NCBI GenBank assembly: GCA_033763315.1
Contig: JANRKS010000011.1
Span: forward strand, 128,001-192,000
Length of the DNA: 64,000 nt
Reading direction: 5' to 3'
Source: Deltaproteobacteria bacterium
GTDB taxonomy: Bacteria; Myxococcota_A; Polyangia; Fen-1088
Part shown: positions 50,665-60,057 of the stretch, piece by piece
How positions within the stretch are numbered: position 1 is the first letter of the stretch
How the letters are laid out: each line of letters begins with the position of its first letter
Made by a program: the position numbers and the translations under genes
Notes under the pieces: generated by a model
Databases searched by the model: none
Told to the model about the DNA's origin: nothing
Seen by the model: the letters and a program-made list of their open reading frames with translations, nothing else

Positions 50665-51496
50665 GGACGACTTATCTCTCGAAACTGAAGCAGCCTACCA
50701 AAACGGCAAGGAAGCTTGGCCTGACTTTGAGCTACCGTTGTGCGCTTTGGTCGAGCATGTTCAACGCAACGCCATCCCTCCGGACAGATTGGCGATGTTT
50801 GCGGCCGACATCTTTTGGGCAGCAGCCCTTTACATCGGAGACCGTGCGGCCCTGGCCGCCTTCGATGTGCAGATCGCCGCGCGGGTTCCAAGCTTCTTGC
50901 GCCGTTTTGCTCCAACACGCGAAACGCTCGTAGAGCAAACACAGATGCTTCGCATCAAGCTTCTTACGGGGCCTGACGCGCGCATTCAAAGCTACGCCGC
51001 CAAAGGCCCTCTGTTGGCTTGGGCGCGCGTCACGTGCATCAATCAGTTTTTGGACGCGGTGGGCCCGCCCCGCACAGAGGTGACGCTTGATGATGTGTCC
51101 GAACTGACGGACGGACAAGACAACCCAGAGCTCCGGGCGCTCAAGCTTGCACATGGTGCTGCCGTTCAAAAGGCTTTCGAGGAAAGCCTGCAGAGTCTAT
51201 CCGCGCGAGACAAAACAATCTTGCGGCTACACGTATCAGATCGGCTTGGCATCGATGAGATTGGCAGCTTGTACGGCGTTCATCGAGCCACCGCGGCGCG
51301 GTGGATTCTAGCCATCCGGCGGCAGGTGCTTGAGAAGGTACAAACGTCTGTGGGTATGCAGTTGGGAGGAACCAACACCAGCGTGCGCAGCCTCGTGAGA
51401 CTGTTTCGCAACGAGATTCACTTAAGTGTTGACCGGCTGCTGGATTCAAAGGCCGTTGCCGGCGTTGAAAACCAAAGCTTGCTGCTTAGAACTTGA
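50663..51496 (+). CDS. sigma-70/ECF-like factor, myxobacterial type
   Basis: DIFWAAA..GD.AAL.AF, YAAKGPLLAW.RV, region 4 LSARDKTILRLH..GIDEIG.LYGVHRATAARW; ATG 50663. Confidence 0.8.
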   Translation: MDDLSLETEAAYQNGKEAWPDFELPLCALVEHVQRNAIPPDRLAMFAADIFWAAALYIGDRAALAAFDVQIAARVPSFLRRFAPTRETLVEQTQMLRIKLLTGPDARIQSYAAKGPLLAWARVTCINQFLDAVGPPRTEVTLDDVSELTDGQDNPELRALKLAHGAAVQKAFEESLQSLSARDKTILRLHVSDRLGIDEIGSLYGVHRATAARWILAIRRQVLEKVQTSVGMQLGGTNTSVRSLVRLFRNEIHLSVDRLLDSKAVAGVENQSLLLRT

Positions 51497-52379
51497 ATGC
51501 CACATCAACGTGGCGAGGGCCCGCCTTGACCGACCAAGATTCCCATGGCGCCCACAAAATCAAAGCCGCGCTTAGCAACGCGCCGGCTGAAGCGCTTAAC
51601 GCCACCGCCGACCACTCAGCACGGTTCTCGAGCATCAAAGTGCGCTGCCTTTGTCGCTGCAGATCTGTGTTGGAGGCGGCTGGCGCGCCATCGATGAGAA
51701 CCAAACCCATGCCTTCAAGTTGCACCGCAAGTCCATCGGCTTGTCGTTCGTAGCCCGCCGCTTTGTAGCGCAACAGCACGCTTCCGACCGCGGCACCAAT
51801 GCCTAGGGTTAAGGTCGAGGCCACCGCCACGCGTCGCCAGCGGGGCCAGTGACCGCTAGGCTCCGACCTTGGAGCGGCTTGAGGCTCTTGCGGCGGCTTG
51901 GCGTTCGCTAAGGCGCGCACAACTGAGTTGCTCTCGTTCTGCCTACCGCCGATGGCGGTTTCTGCGGTGGCAGCGGACGCGGTTGTGGGACCATTGGGGC
52001 ATTGGGCTTCCAGAATTGAAACGTTGGAAGCGGCGGCCACGGCGTTGGGGTGTTCAGGCGCCAATCGCAAGAAGTGGCTGTACACCTGGAGCGCCTGCCG
52101 ACATTTTCCGAGCAGTCGATGAGCTTGCGCCACGTTGAAAAGAAATCCAGGATCTCGGGTTTTTTCATAGGCGCGCCGGAAGTAAACGATCGCTTCGGAG
52201 TACTCGCCCAACTCGTAGTGAAGCTTGCCTTGTGCAAACAGCCGATCGCCGTCTGCGTCTGCATCGACAACGGGAGCAGAGTCAGGCGGCGCTTCCGCCG
52301 CATGAACGACGATGCCGCGAAGGTCTGCACAAAAGCAGAAGATCCCAACCACGATCCCTATATGGAAGTTGACGCGCAT
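51486..52379 (-). CDS. secreted/membrane TPR protein
   Basis: Signal peptide, TPR helices (GEYSEAIVYFRRAY, LFNVAQAHRLLG), two C-terminal hydrophobic helices. Confidence 0.8.
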   Translation of the reverse strand: MRVNFHIGIVVGIFCFCADLRGIVVHAAEAPPDSAPVVDADADGDRLFAQGKLHYELGEYSEAIVYFRRAYEKTRDPGFLFNVAQAHRLLGKCRQALQVYSHFLRLAPEHPNAVAAASNVSILEAQCPNGPTTASAATAETAIGGRQNESNSVVRALANAKPPQEPQAAPRSEPSGHWPRWRRVAVASTLTLGIGAAVGSVLLRYKAAGYERQADGLAVQLEGMGLVLIDGAPAASNTDLQRQRQRTLMLENRAEWSAVALSASAGALLSAALILWAPWESWSVKAGPRHVDVAFKF

Positions 52380-52495
52380 CTTTGGACGCGCGCGACCTTA
52401 GCATACGGGTGTGTTGGGTTTGTCGGCTGCACCGGGTCGAAAGGGGGCGGCGCCCAGCGAACGCACGGGTTCGCCAGGCGGCACCAGAGCGACCG

Positions 52496-54502
52496 TTAAC
52501 GGGGGCTGGCCGCGGGGCCGGCTCCGCTGGGAACGAAGGCTGGATCACGAGCCAGGATCAGGCGATCCACCTTGTAACCAGGCTCTCGCCGGACAAGGTC
52601 CAGGGTTTGATTGCCCGCGAGGCCCACCGACACAGTGCCAAGTGATTTCCAAACCCAGGATGACGATGCGGCCGTGTTATCCACCAATGTGGACGGTGTG
52701 CCAAACAGTGTCACGAACACAGAGTTCGAACCAGCGTTCGGCGCCCAGCGGCGCACCCAAACGTTGAAGACGCCTGGCGCCGGAACGAACACACTGTAAT
52801 TGAGCGCCGCACCATTCGTTGCGGATGCTGTCGTGAACGCAGAGCTCACCGTTTCCACGTAGCTTCCTACCGCGCCGCCAAGCGCACTGGCGGCGCTCCA
52901 GGACAATCCGCCGGGGTCCAAGGCTGCGTTTTGTGACAGAAACGTTTCAGCTTCGAAAACCGCCAAATCGTTTGAGGCGATATAGCGTGGACGTGAGTGA
53001 GGCGATTGCGGCAAGGTTTCCGAGAGTCGACTGGCGAAGTTGGCATCGGTGGTCAGCACGATGCGATCAACTTTGTAGCCGTCTTCGCGGCGGCGCAGCG
53101 ACAAAGTGTGTGTGCCTGCGGTGAGCACAGCGTTCGTCCCATTTTGCACCCAGCGCCATCCTGAAGAGGGGCCTGAATTGTCGATGCGTGTGCCCAGCGC
53201 CTGACCGTCTACACCGACCACTGCAGAGTCGTCGCTCCAGGTGGATGCGGCCACACGCATCCAAACCCTGTAAGTGCCGGGAAAAGCCACCGAGACGTCG
53301 TAACTCAGCTCGGCACCGCTCTCCCAAGTTGCGATGGCAGCGTTGGCTTCGCTGGTTTCCACATAGGCATCCCCGGAAGCGCCTGCCAAGGTGCGGGACG
53401 TTGTCCACTTGTGCAGGTCGCCGCGGCTTCGGCTCACTTTGTAGTTTTCCGCCTCGATCACGATGTCACCTGTGGTGGGCGCAAAGGCTTGGTCGTTGAT
53501 CACCTTAAACTCATCCATAAACACGGACCAACTGCAGCGCGTGTCAATGCGGCTTTGGCCGCCATCCCATCGCACGATGGACGTGCCGGCGGGGATGTCT
53601 TGCTCGAAGTATTCCCAATCGCTGGTGAGCAGACCCGTGACGCCGGCGATCTGAGCGCCGGCCTCGTTGTAGACGTTGAGCATATGAATGCCGCCATCGT
53701 CGGGCAGGTCCGTTTTCGCCCAGAACGAGATCTTGCCGGGGCCAAGCACCTTGGTTTCGACTTCGACTGAGGAAGGTCCTGTGCCGAAGCAGAAGCCGTT
53801 CGAGTGCGTGATCTTCATGGAACCAAATCCATCGTGCGTCTCGGTTGATGCTCCGACGCTGCCGTTGCCTGGCAGTCTTATCCACGGTCCCGGAACGTCG
53901 GCGCCGGCCTCGGCCACGCTCGCAGCAACGATGGGAAGGACCTGGAAGTCATCAACGAACACGGACCAAGCGCAGTCGGGATATTCCACACTGCGCGCGT
54001 CGGTCCACATCAGCTTTTGCGTGCCCGCTCCGATCTCGACCTCGTAGGCGGTGAACGTGCTTGACGAAATCACCGTTTCGCTCACCTTCGTATTGTTGGC
54101 ATCGAATACCACAAACTTGTGAGCCAAGGTCTTGGCAAGCGCGTCGGTTTTCGCCACAAAGCGCACCATGGCGGGACCCTGCACTTCGGCCAGCAGGGCG
54201 TTCGACTCGATGCCGCTATGACACCAGCCGTTCTGATGCAGGAGCTTGACCGCCGAACGTCCGTCCTCGGTGACCGCTGTGATGTTCGAGTAAAGACCGC
54301 CCATGTACCATGGCAGCGGTTGGTTCCCGGCAGCTGTGATGGCCTCGATAATGGCCGGGTCGGCATCGGTAAATGGGTCGCTAGGCGAAATGAGCGCAAG
54401 CGACTGCAGCGTCGTTTCGTCTCCAGAAGGGGCTCCGCACCCCACACCAAGCGCACCCATGGTAACCCAGCCCGCGAGCAGCATCGTCAATCGTTTCGAC
54501 AT
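52496..54502 (-). CDS. exported lipoprotein with four beta-sandwich (carbohydrate-binding-like) modules
   Basis: GVGC lipobox; two H.NG.C...AKTD...C.WSVF.D.F repeats and two EAE...RRE.GYKVDR repeats. Confidence 0.7.
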   Translation of the reverse strand: MSKRLTMLLAGWVTMGALGVGCGAPSGDETTLQSLALISPSDPFTDADPAIIEAITAAGNQPLPWYMGGLYSNITAVTEDGRSAVKLLHQNGWCHSGIESNALLAEVQGPAMVRFVAKTDALAKTLAHKFVVFDANNTKVSETVISSSTFTAYEVEIGAGTQKLMWTDARSVEYPDCAWSVFVDDFQVLPIVAASVAEAGADVPGPWIRLPGNGSVGASTETHDGFGSMKITHSNGFCFGTGPSSVEVETKVLGPGKISFWAKTDLPDDGGIHMLNVYNEAGAQIAGVTGLLTSDWEYFEQDIPAGTSIVRWDGGQSRIDTRCSWSVFMDEFKVINDQAFAPTTGDIVIEAENYKVSRSRGDLHKWTTSRTLAGASGDAYVETSEANAAIATWESGAELSYDVSVAFPGTYRVWMRVAASTWSDDSAVVGVDGQALGTRIDNSGPSSGWRWVQNGTNAVLTAGTHTLSLRRREDGYKVDRIVLTTDANFASRLSETLPQSPHSRPRYIASNDLAVFEAETFLSQNAALDPGGLSWSAASALGGAVGSYVETVSSAFTTASATNGAALNYSVFVPAPGVFNVWVRRWAPNAGSNSVFVTLFGTPSTLVDNTAASSSWVWKSLGTVSVGLAGNQTLDLVRREPGYKVDRLILARDPAFVPSGAGPAASPR

Positions 54503-54609
54503 GTATTTAACCTCCGCTTGGTGGACGGCAGGTCGCAGGAATGTCGCACGAGAAAAACCAATAAAGTTGCTAGCTATCGATGGCGGCTACCAAGCCGCTT
54601 GACGTCGCC

Positions 54610-56166
54610 TCAGTGGCACGCGGTTGCGTTGGCTTGTGGCAGCACAACAAAGGCGTACGCAAGCGCAGGCACGCGTAGGGCGAAGCCAGAACCATCTGGG
54701 GTGATGAGCTCTTGTGGATGCAGTTGTGGCAGCTTGCCGTCAGCGGCGAGGCGTAGGGGAATGCCGTTAAGCGCCACCTCCTTCGCGCGCAATCCGTCGG
54801 CTTGCACAAGATAAACTTCGGCACGCTCGCCAAGCGGTGGCAGATCCACTTTGATCGGCTGGGATGGATGCACGTTTACGAGGGCCATTGCCACGGCGCC
54901 GGGTGCGCCTGCTTGGCAATGCGCATAGGCTTGCACCGCGCTTGGCGTTTGGGCCGAGACAGCCAACACCTTCGTGCCCATCAGCCGCCGCCATAGGAGC
55001 GACGCCCAGTAATCTGGATTGGGTGCCAAGGTTTTGTCGTCGATCAAACCATAGTCGCCCCCCGAAAGCGTTTGCCGCACCACCACGCGCTGGCCCCGCC
55101 GTGCCATGCGCCCCAGCTCATCCACCCACCACAGGCTGCTGCCGAAGCGATCGGAAAGCTCCGGTTCACCACCGCACTGGGCGCCGCCTGTTTCGCCCAA
55201 CCATGTTTGCGCTGAGGGGCCGTATTGCGTGCGCAGACCTTCCACAAAGCCCGCCCATCGATCGACGTCTTGCAGTTCCGAAGGGCGAAGCACCTGCCCC
55301 GCGTGGGCGCGGTTGGTGGCGACGGGGCAGCGGAAGGATTGCTGCGGGTAGTAGTGCCACGTGATGATGTCCAGCAGGTGGCCACCGTTCTTCATGAAGC
55401 GCTTGGCGAACGGAAGGCCTTCGCCAACCAATGGCCAAAAGGCCACCGCGGGACCGGCCAGGCGCGCGTGAGGTGTGATTTCATCAACCAACCAACGGGC
55501 TACCTGCATGTCGTCTGCGTAGCCGCTGGGCGATAGATACTGCCCATGAATGAGGGGATAAACGTTGAGCTCGTTGCCTAGCTCCCACACGTCCACCGGG
55601 TAGTTGTGCGCGCGCGCATCGGCAAGCAGCGGCTTCGCTGTTTCGGGGTTCCATCGCCCTTCAGAGTTTCGCGACAAGGCGCCCGCGTTCAGCGTGAAGA
55701 TGATGCGCAAGTCGAGGTCGGCGGCGAAGTGGTTCACCGCGTCCCAGCGCGCGCGGCTCAACTTGTATGAGCCCGAGGGCGCGGGGGGCGCGCGGCTGTC
55801 GAGATCGTAGATCACGCGATCGGCGTCGGTCCCGCCGATGCGCAGATAAGCGGGCGCCAATTGCGAAGCGAGGTAGCGCAACTGTGGGCGATCGAAGTCG
55901 TAGGCGGGCACCTTGGCGGTGCCCATGGCGGCTGCCTGTCGTGATGGATCCCAAAATTGCCCGCCCACCACGTTGGCCATGTCGATCGCCACGGACAGGA
56001 AGCGCGGATCCACTTCTGCTGTTGTGTGTTGCGTGTCGATCTCAAGCCGCGTTTGCACGGCCAGCATGGCTTGTTCGTCGGTCCGGTGGTTCGCTTGTTT
56101 TGTTACAAACGCCACCCCCGCCAGGCCCGCGAGGCAGGTTGCGATACGAATGCCAAAAACCACCAT
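54610..56166 (-). CDS. glycoside hydrolase family 79 (heparanase/beta-glucuronidase-like)
   Basis: PAYLRIGGT, WELGNE (acid/base), TWHYY, WLGETG (nucleophile), RQTL.GG.YGL, PNPDYW. Confidence 0.9.
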   Translation of the reverse strand: MVVFGIRIATCLAGLAGVAFVTKQANHRTDEQAMLAVQTRLEIDTQHTTAEVDPRFLSVAIDMANVVGGQFWDPSRQAAAMGTAKVPAYDFDRPQLRYLASQLAPAYLRIGGTDADRVIYDLDSRAPPAPSGSYKLSRARWDAVNHFAADLDLRIIFTLNAGALSRNSEGRWNPETAKPLLADARAHNYPVDVWELGNELNVYPLIHGQYLSPSGYADDMQVARWLVDEITPHARLAGPAVAFWPLVGEGLPFAKRFMKNGGHLLDIITWHYYPQQSFRCPVATNRAHAGQVLRPSELQDVDRWAGFVEGLRTQYGPSAQTWLGETGGAQCGGEPELSDRFGSSLWWVDELGRMARRGQRVVVRQTLSGGDYGLIDDKTLAPNPDYWASLLWRRLMGTKVLAVSAQTPSAVQAYAHCQAGAPGAVAMALVNVHPSQPIKVDLPPLGERAEVYLVQADGLRAKEVALNGIPLRLAADGKLPQLHPQELITPDGSGFALRVPALAYAFVVLPQANATACH

Positions 56167-56174
56167 AGATCATT

Positions 56175-56237
56175 GTGACAATCGGGCAACAGCCGCAAGG
56201 GCGCAACCGCAACACATTTGCGACAGTTGCGTGACAA
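56175..56237 (-). promoter_or_regulatory. Pho-box-like direct repeats upstream of GH79
   Basis: Coding strand ttGTCACgcaactGTCGCaaatgtGTTGC and GTTGCccgattGTCAC, each at 11-bp spacing. Confidence 0.55.
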
Positions 56238-56253
56238 TGGGCAAGGGGTGGCG

Positions 56254-58050
56254 CTAGGCCACGCTGGAGTAGAAGGCGTGGCCTGCTTCGCCCATGAAGC
56301 GCTTGAGCACCTTGGGGGCGGTGGTGCGTAAATCCACCACAATCAAACCATCCAAGCAATCGTTGAACAAGGGATCCACGTTAAAGCCGCACAGGCGCGC
56401 GTTGAGCTTGAGGTAGTGCTTCAGCAAAACAGGCACGCCCTTGTCGTCTTCTTCAATGTCCGCGATCAACGACGACAGCTCTTCCACGTCGCGCGCCACG
56501 CTGTGCAGCTCTTTGCGCTCGTCTTTCGCCAACCGGTCTTTGGGCGGGTTCTTGGGCTTCACCAACGCCTTGAGCTCGTCATCGCCGCACGCGGCTTGGT
56601 TCAGGAATTCCACCATCCAGCGGCGCGACGTGCTTTCGTAGCTGCCGCTGATGCTGACCGGCCCAAACAGCACTTTGTACTGCGGGTTGCGCACCAGGAA
56701 CTCACCGATGCCGCGCCACAAGAGCGCCAAGGACAGCGGTTTACGTTGATACTCTTGGCGGATGAAGGAACGGCCAAGTTCAATCGCTGGGTTCAATCGG
56801 TCAAGAAAGCCCGGCTTAAATTTGAACAGCGTGCTGGTGTAGAGCCCCTGTAGCCCTTGGCGCTCCAGGATCTCGTCTGCCACGCCCAGGCGGTAGCTGC
56901 CCACCACTTCGGACGTATCGCTGTTCCACATGAATAGGTGCAAGTAGTGCTTGTCGAACTCGTCGAGATCTTCGCTCTTGCCAGTGCCTTCACCCACCGC
57001 ACGGAAGGTCTTCTCGCGCAGATGGCCGATCTCTTTGAGAACCGCCGGGATCTGCGCTTGGCGGGCCAAATAGACCGCGTAGGGGCCTTGTTGCAGGAGG
57101 TTGGCTTCTTGGGGCAGGCGCGCCACTTCGGCCTTTAGAACCTCGACGTTCACCGGGTTTCCGATGGCTGCGGGAGGAACCACAGGGGTTACCGCCTTGA
57201 AGCGCGGACGAACGGCGTTGTCGCGGCTGGCGAGTGCGTAGGTTTTGAAGCGCAGGTACTTCGTGGCTTCTTCGTCGCTTCCGAAGCTTCGCAGCTTATC
57301 GGCGCTGATAGGTTTGCCCACGCGCAGCCCCACGGCGGATTGGCTGCGGCGAAGCAACTCAGAAGGAATCAAAGCGGTGCGCAGGCGTGGATGCAGTAGC
57401 CCCGCCAACTGAAACCACGCGCTGTTGCGGCCTTCAAAGAAGACGGGCACCACGGTGGCGCCCGTTCGTTTTGCCAACGCTGCGGCACTGGTAGACCATT
57501 CGGGATCCACGACGGCGCGCTTGCGCATGTGCAGGTGAGATACGGTGCCTGCGGGGAACGTGGCCAATAGACCGCCGTTCTTCAACCAACGGAACGCCGC
57601 TTTGATCGGCGCCAAATTGGCGTAGGTGCTGTCCTGTCCACCAAACGGATCCACGGCGATGAGCCACGGCTGCACCTCGCGAATTTGCGTCAGCAGGTAG
57701 TTGGCCAGCACTCGCACATCCGTGCGCGTCTGTGTGAGCAGATCGCCCAAGATCAATCCCTCGACCGCTCCGAAGGGATGATTCGCCACGACGATGACGG
57801 GCCCCGTTGTGGGGATGCGTGCCACGTCGCTGGCCGATACGTCATATGAAATCTCAAGCGCTTGCAGGCTTGCAGCGAAGAAGTTCTGCGAGCCGTTTGG
57901 ATCCGTCTGGGCGTAGAGTTGATTCAAGGTGTGAAGCGAGAGCAGCTTCTCGAAGGGGGTGCCCACCAGCGAGTAGAGTCGCTTGGCGAAAGGGCTTTCA
58001 ATGTTGTTGCTGATGTCAACCAGGCGCCGCGTGACAGGCTGCGTTTGCAT
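56254..58050 (-). CDS. bifunctional PlsC-type acyltransferase + GNAT N-acyltransferase (OlsF-like)
   Basis: NHPFGAVEG and FPAG in the N-half; LREKTFRAVGEG, DEFD, GSYRLG, ELGRSF, LWRGI in the C-half. Confidence 0.88.
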   Translation of the reverse strand: MQTQPVTRRLVDISNNIESPFAKRLYSLVGTPFEKLLSLHTLNQLYAQTDPNGSQNFFAASLQALEISYDVSASDVARIPTTGPVIVVANHPFGAVEGLILGDLLTQTRTDVRVLANYLLTQIREVQPWLIAVDPFGGQDSTYANLAPIKAAFRWLKNGGLLATFPAGTVSHLHMRKRAVVDPEWSTSAAALAKRTGATVVPVFFEGRNSAWFQLAGLLHPRLRTALIPSELLRRSQSAVGLRVGKPISADKLRSFGSDEEATKYLRFKTYALASRDNAVRPRFKAVTPVVPPAAIGNPVNVEVLKAEVARLPQEANLLQQGPYAVYLARQAQIPAVLKEIGHLREKTFRAVGEGTGKSEDLDEFDKHYLHLFMWNSDTSEVVGSYRLGVADEILERQGLQGLYTSTLFKFKPGFLDRLNPAIELGRSFIRQEYQRKPLSLALLWRGIGEFLVRNPQYKVLFGPVSISGSYESTSRRWMVEFLNQAACGDDELKALVKPKNPPKDRLAKDERKELHSVARDVEELSSLIADIEEDDKGVPVLLKHYLKLNARLCGFNVDPLFNDCLDGLIVVDLRTTAPKVLKRFMGEAGHAFYSSVA

Positions 58051-58062
58051 GATGTCACTATG

Positions 58063-58080
58063 AGCGCGGCGTGTGCCAAA
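58063..58080 (-). promoter_or_regulatory. sigma-54 -24/-12-like motif
   Basis: TTTGGCACACGCCGCGCT (GG-N10-GC) just upstream of ATG 58050. Confidence 0.45.
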
Positions 58081-58161
58081 CCGTGCTCACGGTTGCGAAA
58101 CAGCTTGTGGTCAAACAAGCGCAGCTAAGGCCACAGAATCGTTACAACAATCCGAGCTCTG

Positions 58162-59115
58162 TTACGAAGCCGTCAAAAGCGCGGGGCGTGCGTGAAGTGG
58201 CGTGAAGCCGGCGAGCAACTCGGTGAATCCTGGCACCAGGCTGGCCACTGTGGATTCAATGCGCAGTGGGTTCATCCAACAAAACGGATTCAACAACCGC
58301 AAGGGATGCCACAACCGCCGGTTTAACGAGCCCACCTCAATGGTCATGGCCAAGGTGCCATGTTCGTGATCAAGCCAGTCATCGAGATCGCCCACCGTGG
58401 GGTAAAACTGCGAAGCCTGCCTAAAGCTGTATTTCGTGTCTTTCAAGTTCGCGAGGAACCCGTCGGCCAATTGCCGGTAATGCGCGTGGCGCTTGTTGGG
58501 ACGCGGTGAAAACGCCCACGGATAAAGCAGCATGTTGCCGAAGCTGTGAAAGCCAATGGAAAGCTGCGGGCGCACCTGCTCAACCACGCGGCGGATGGCC
58601 TGCGTTTCAGGCTCGGAAAAAGGCGCGGGACCTTGATAGTGAGGCGAGCCACGCCAGCGCGAGCCAGAGAACAAGTGGAAGCGTTCGATCGGTGCCACGT
58701 GTGGAAAGTTGCGATTCAGATCCACGCCGCGTGCGTTGGTGCGCCGTAGCGCTGGCCAACCTCGATCCAAGCGATCCATATTCGTTGCGAAGGCATCAGG
58801 ATTCACGATCGGCATCATCACCAGGCGCATGTTGCCGAGCGTTCGTTGACCGGGAAGGCTTTGCGCCATGTCGCGCAAGATATGAAACAGCGCCACCGAG
58901 CCGATGACTTCGATCCCGTGAATCAAAGCCGTGAGGAACACGGGCGGGGCGTCTTTGGGGCCGATGTCGAATCGATAAAGTGGCCGCCCCTGGACCGAGT
59001 GGCCGACGATGGTTTCATCGCCGCCTAAGCGGTTCACGAGTGTGCGCCACCCCATCTCGAACGAGGTGGCGGTGGGGTAGTTTCCCGCCAGAGCTCGGCC
59101 AAACACCATCGTCAC
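58162..59115 (-). CDS. M14 family zinc carboxypeptidase
   Basis: HGIE, NPD, NARGVDLNRNF, SEPET, FHSF, IEVG. Confidence 0.9.
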   Translation of the reverse strand: MTMVFGRALAGNYPTATSFEMGWRTLVNRLGGDETIVGHSVQGRPLYRFDIGPKDAPPVFLTALIHGIEVIGSVALFHILRDMAQSLPGQRTLGNMRLVMMPIVNPDAFATNMDRLDRGWPALRRTNARGVDLNRNFPHVAPIERFHLFSGSRWRGSPHYQGPAPFSEPETQAIRRVVEQVRPQLSIGFHSFGNMLLYPWAFSPRPNKRHAHYRQLADGFLANLKDTKYSFRQASQFYPTVGDLDDWLDHEHGTLAMTIEVGSLNRRLWHPLRLLNPFCWMNPLRIESTVASLVPGFTELLAGFTPLHARPALLTAS

Positions 59116-59130
59116 AGTTTAGCGACAAAT

Positions 59131-59928
59131 TCAAATCGCCTTTGTGACATTTTCACAGAACGTCATCAATTGCTGCGCCACCCAGCTGGGATCGTCGAGG
59201 GGCACATCGTGCCCGGCTGTGGGATGAACATGCACGGTGGCACCAAGCGCGCCACCCATTTTGTGGGCGCAGCGGACGTCCACGATGCGATCCTGTTGCC
59301 CCGCAAGCACAAGCGTGGCCATGGGCAGGGGCGCAAGGTGTGGTCTGAAGGTGGACGCAGCCAACAGCTGTCGTGCCAGGTTCGTTCGGCTCACCGGATG
59401 TCGAACGGCGATGTCGGTCCAAGGGCCCAGTGCCCGGGCGCGCACTTCGGGATTGCTGGAAGTCAGGCGCAGGACTTTGCGCTCACGTTTCGCGCCATTG
59501 GCGCTGCAACCGATGCCTGCGAAGGCGGCGAGCGCCCTGGGTTGGCACCGCCACCACGGCGGGCACAGACCACCCACGCTGGGGCTCACCAGCGCCAACG
59601 CATTTACTTCGCTCGGCCACGTCTGCGCCCAAGCCAAAGCCACCATGCTGCCGAGTGAAAGTCCCACAAGGTTCAAAGCCGTGGGTGGCTGCACACCAAA
59701 CAATGATTCACGAACCACTTTTGCGATGGTTGTGACCGCAAGCGGGCTCTTGCGCTCGAAAAGCACACCGGTACCGGGAAGATCGGGTGTGAGCACGCGG
59801 CTGCCTGGCATGGCTTGAGCAAGTTTTTGCGGCAAGTCGTTCCAATGAAGCGCGTCTCGCCCCAGCCCGCGGAAGAGAACCCACGTCACGCCGCCAGGCC
59901 CGCGCGCCTCGGAATCAACGGTCACCAT
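59131..59928 (-). CDS. alpha/beta fold hydrolase
   Basis: RGLGR, DLPGTG, GLSLG nucleophile elbow, QDRIV, GHD. Confidence 0.88.
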   Translation of the reverse strand: MVTVDSEARGPGGVTWVLFRGLGRDALHWNDLPQKLAQAMPGSRVLTPDLPGTGVLFERKSPLAVTTIAKVVRESLFGVQPPTALNLVGLSLGSMVALAWAQTWPSEVNALALVSPSVGGLCPPWWRCQPRALAAFAGIGCSANGAKRERKVLRLTSSNPEVRARALGPWTDIAVRHPVSRTNLARQLLAASTFRPHLAPLPMATLVLAGQQDRIVDVRCAHKMGGALGATVHVHPTAGHDVPLDDPSWVAQQLMTFCENVTKAI

Positions 59929-59968
59929 TGTGAAAAGGAACCTAGCAGCGCGCGCTACCGCAAGGAAA

Positions 59969-59986
59969 TTGCAGCGCAAATGCCAT
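59969..59986 (-). promoter_or_regulatory. sigma-54 -24/-12 promoter
   Basis: ATGGCATTTGCGCTGCAA (GG-N10-GC), about 40 bp before the hydrolase ATG. Confidence 0.6.
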
Positions 59987-60057
59987 GGAACTGTTTCCAC
60001 GCGCGCACGCGGCTGCCACGCTGCCTGCTCATCCTTTCAGTCCGTAAAGGAGCAACG

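Noticed and set aside
60022-60040. TGCCACGCTGCCTGCT as a sigma-54 promoter for the glycosyltransferase
   Set aside because: Lacks the invariant GG at -24.
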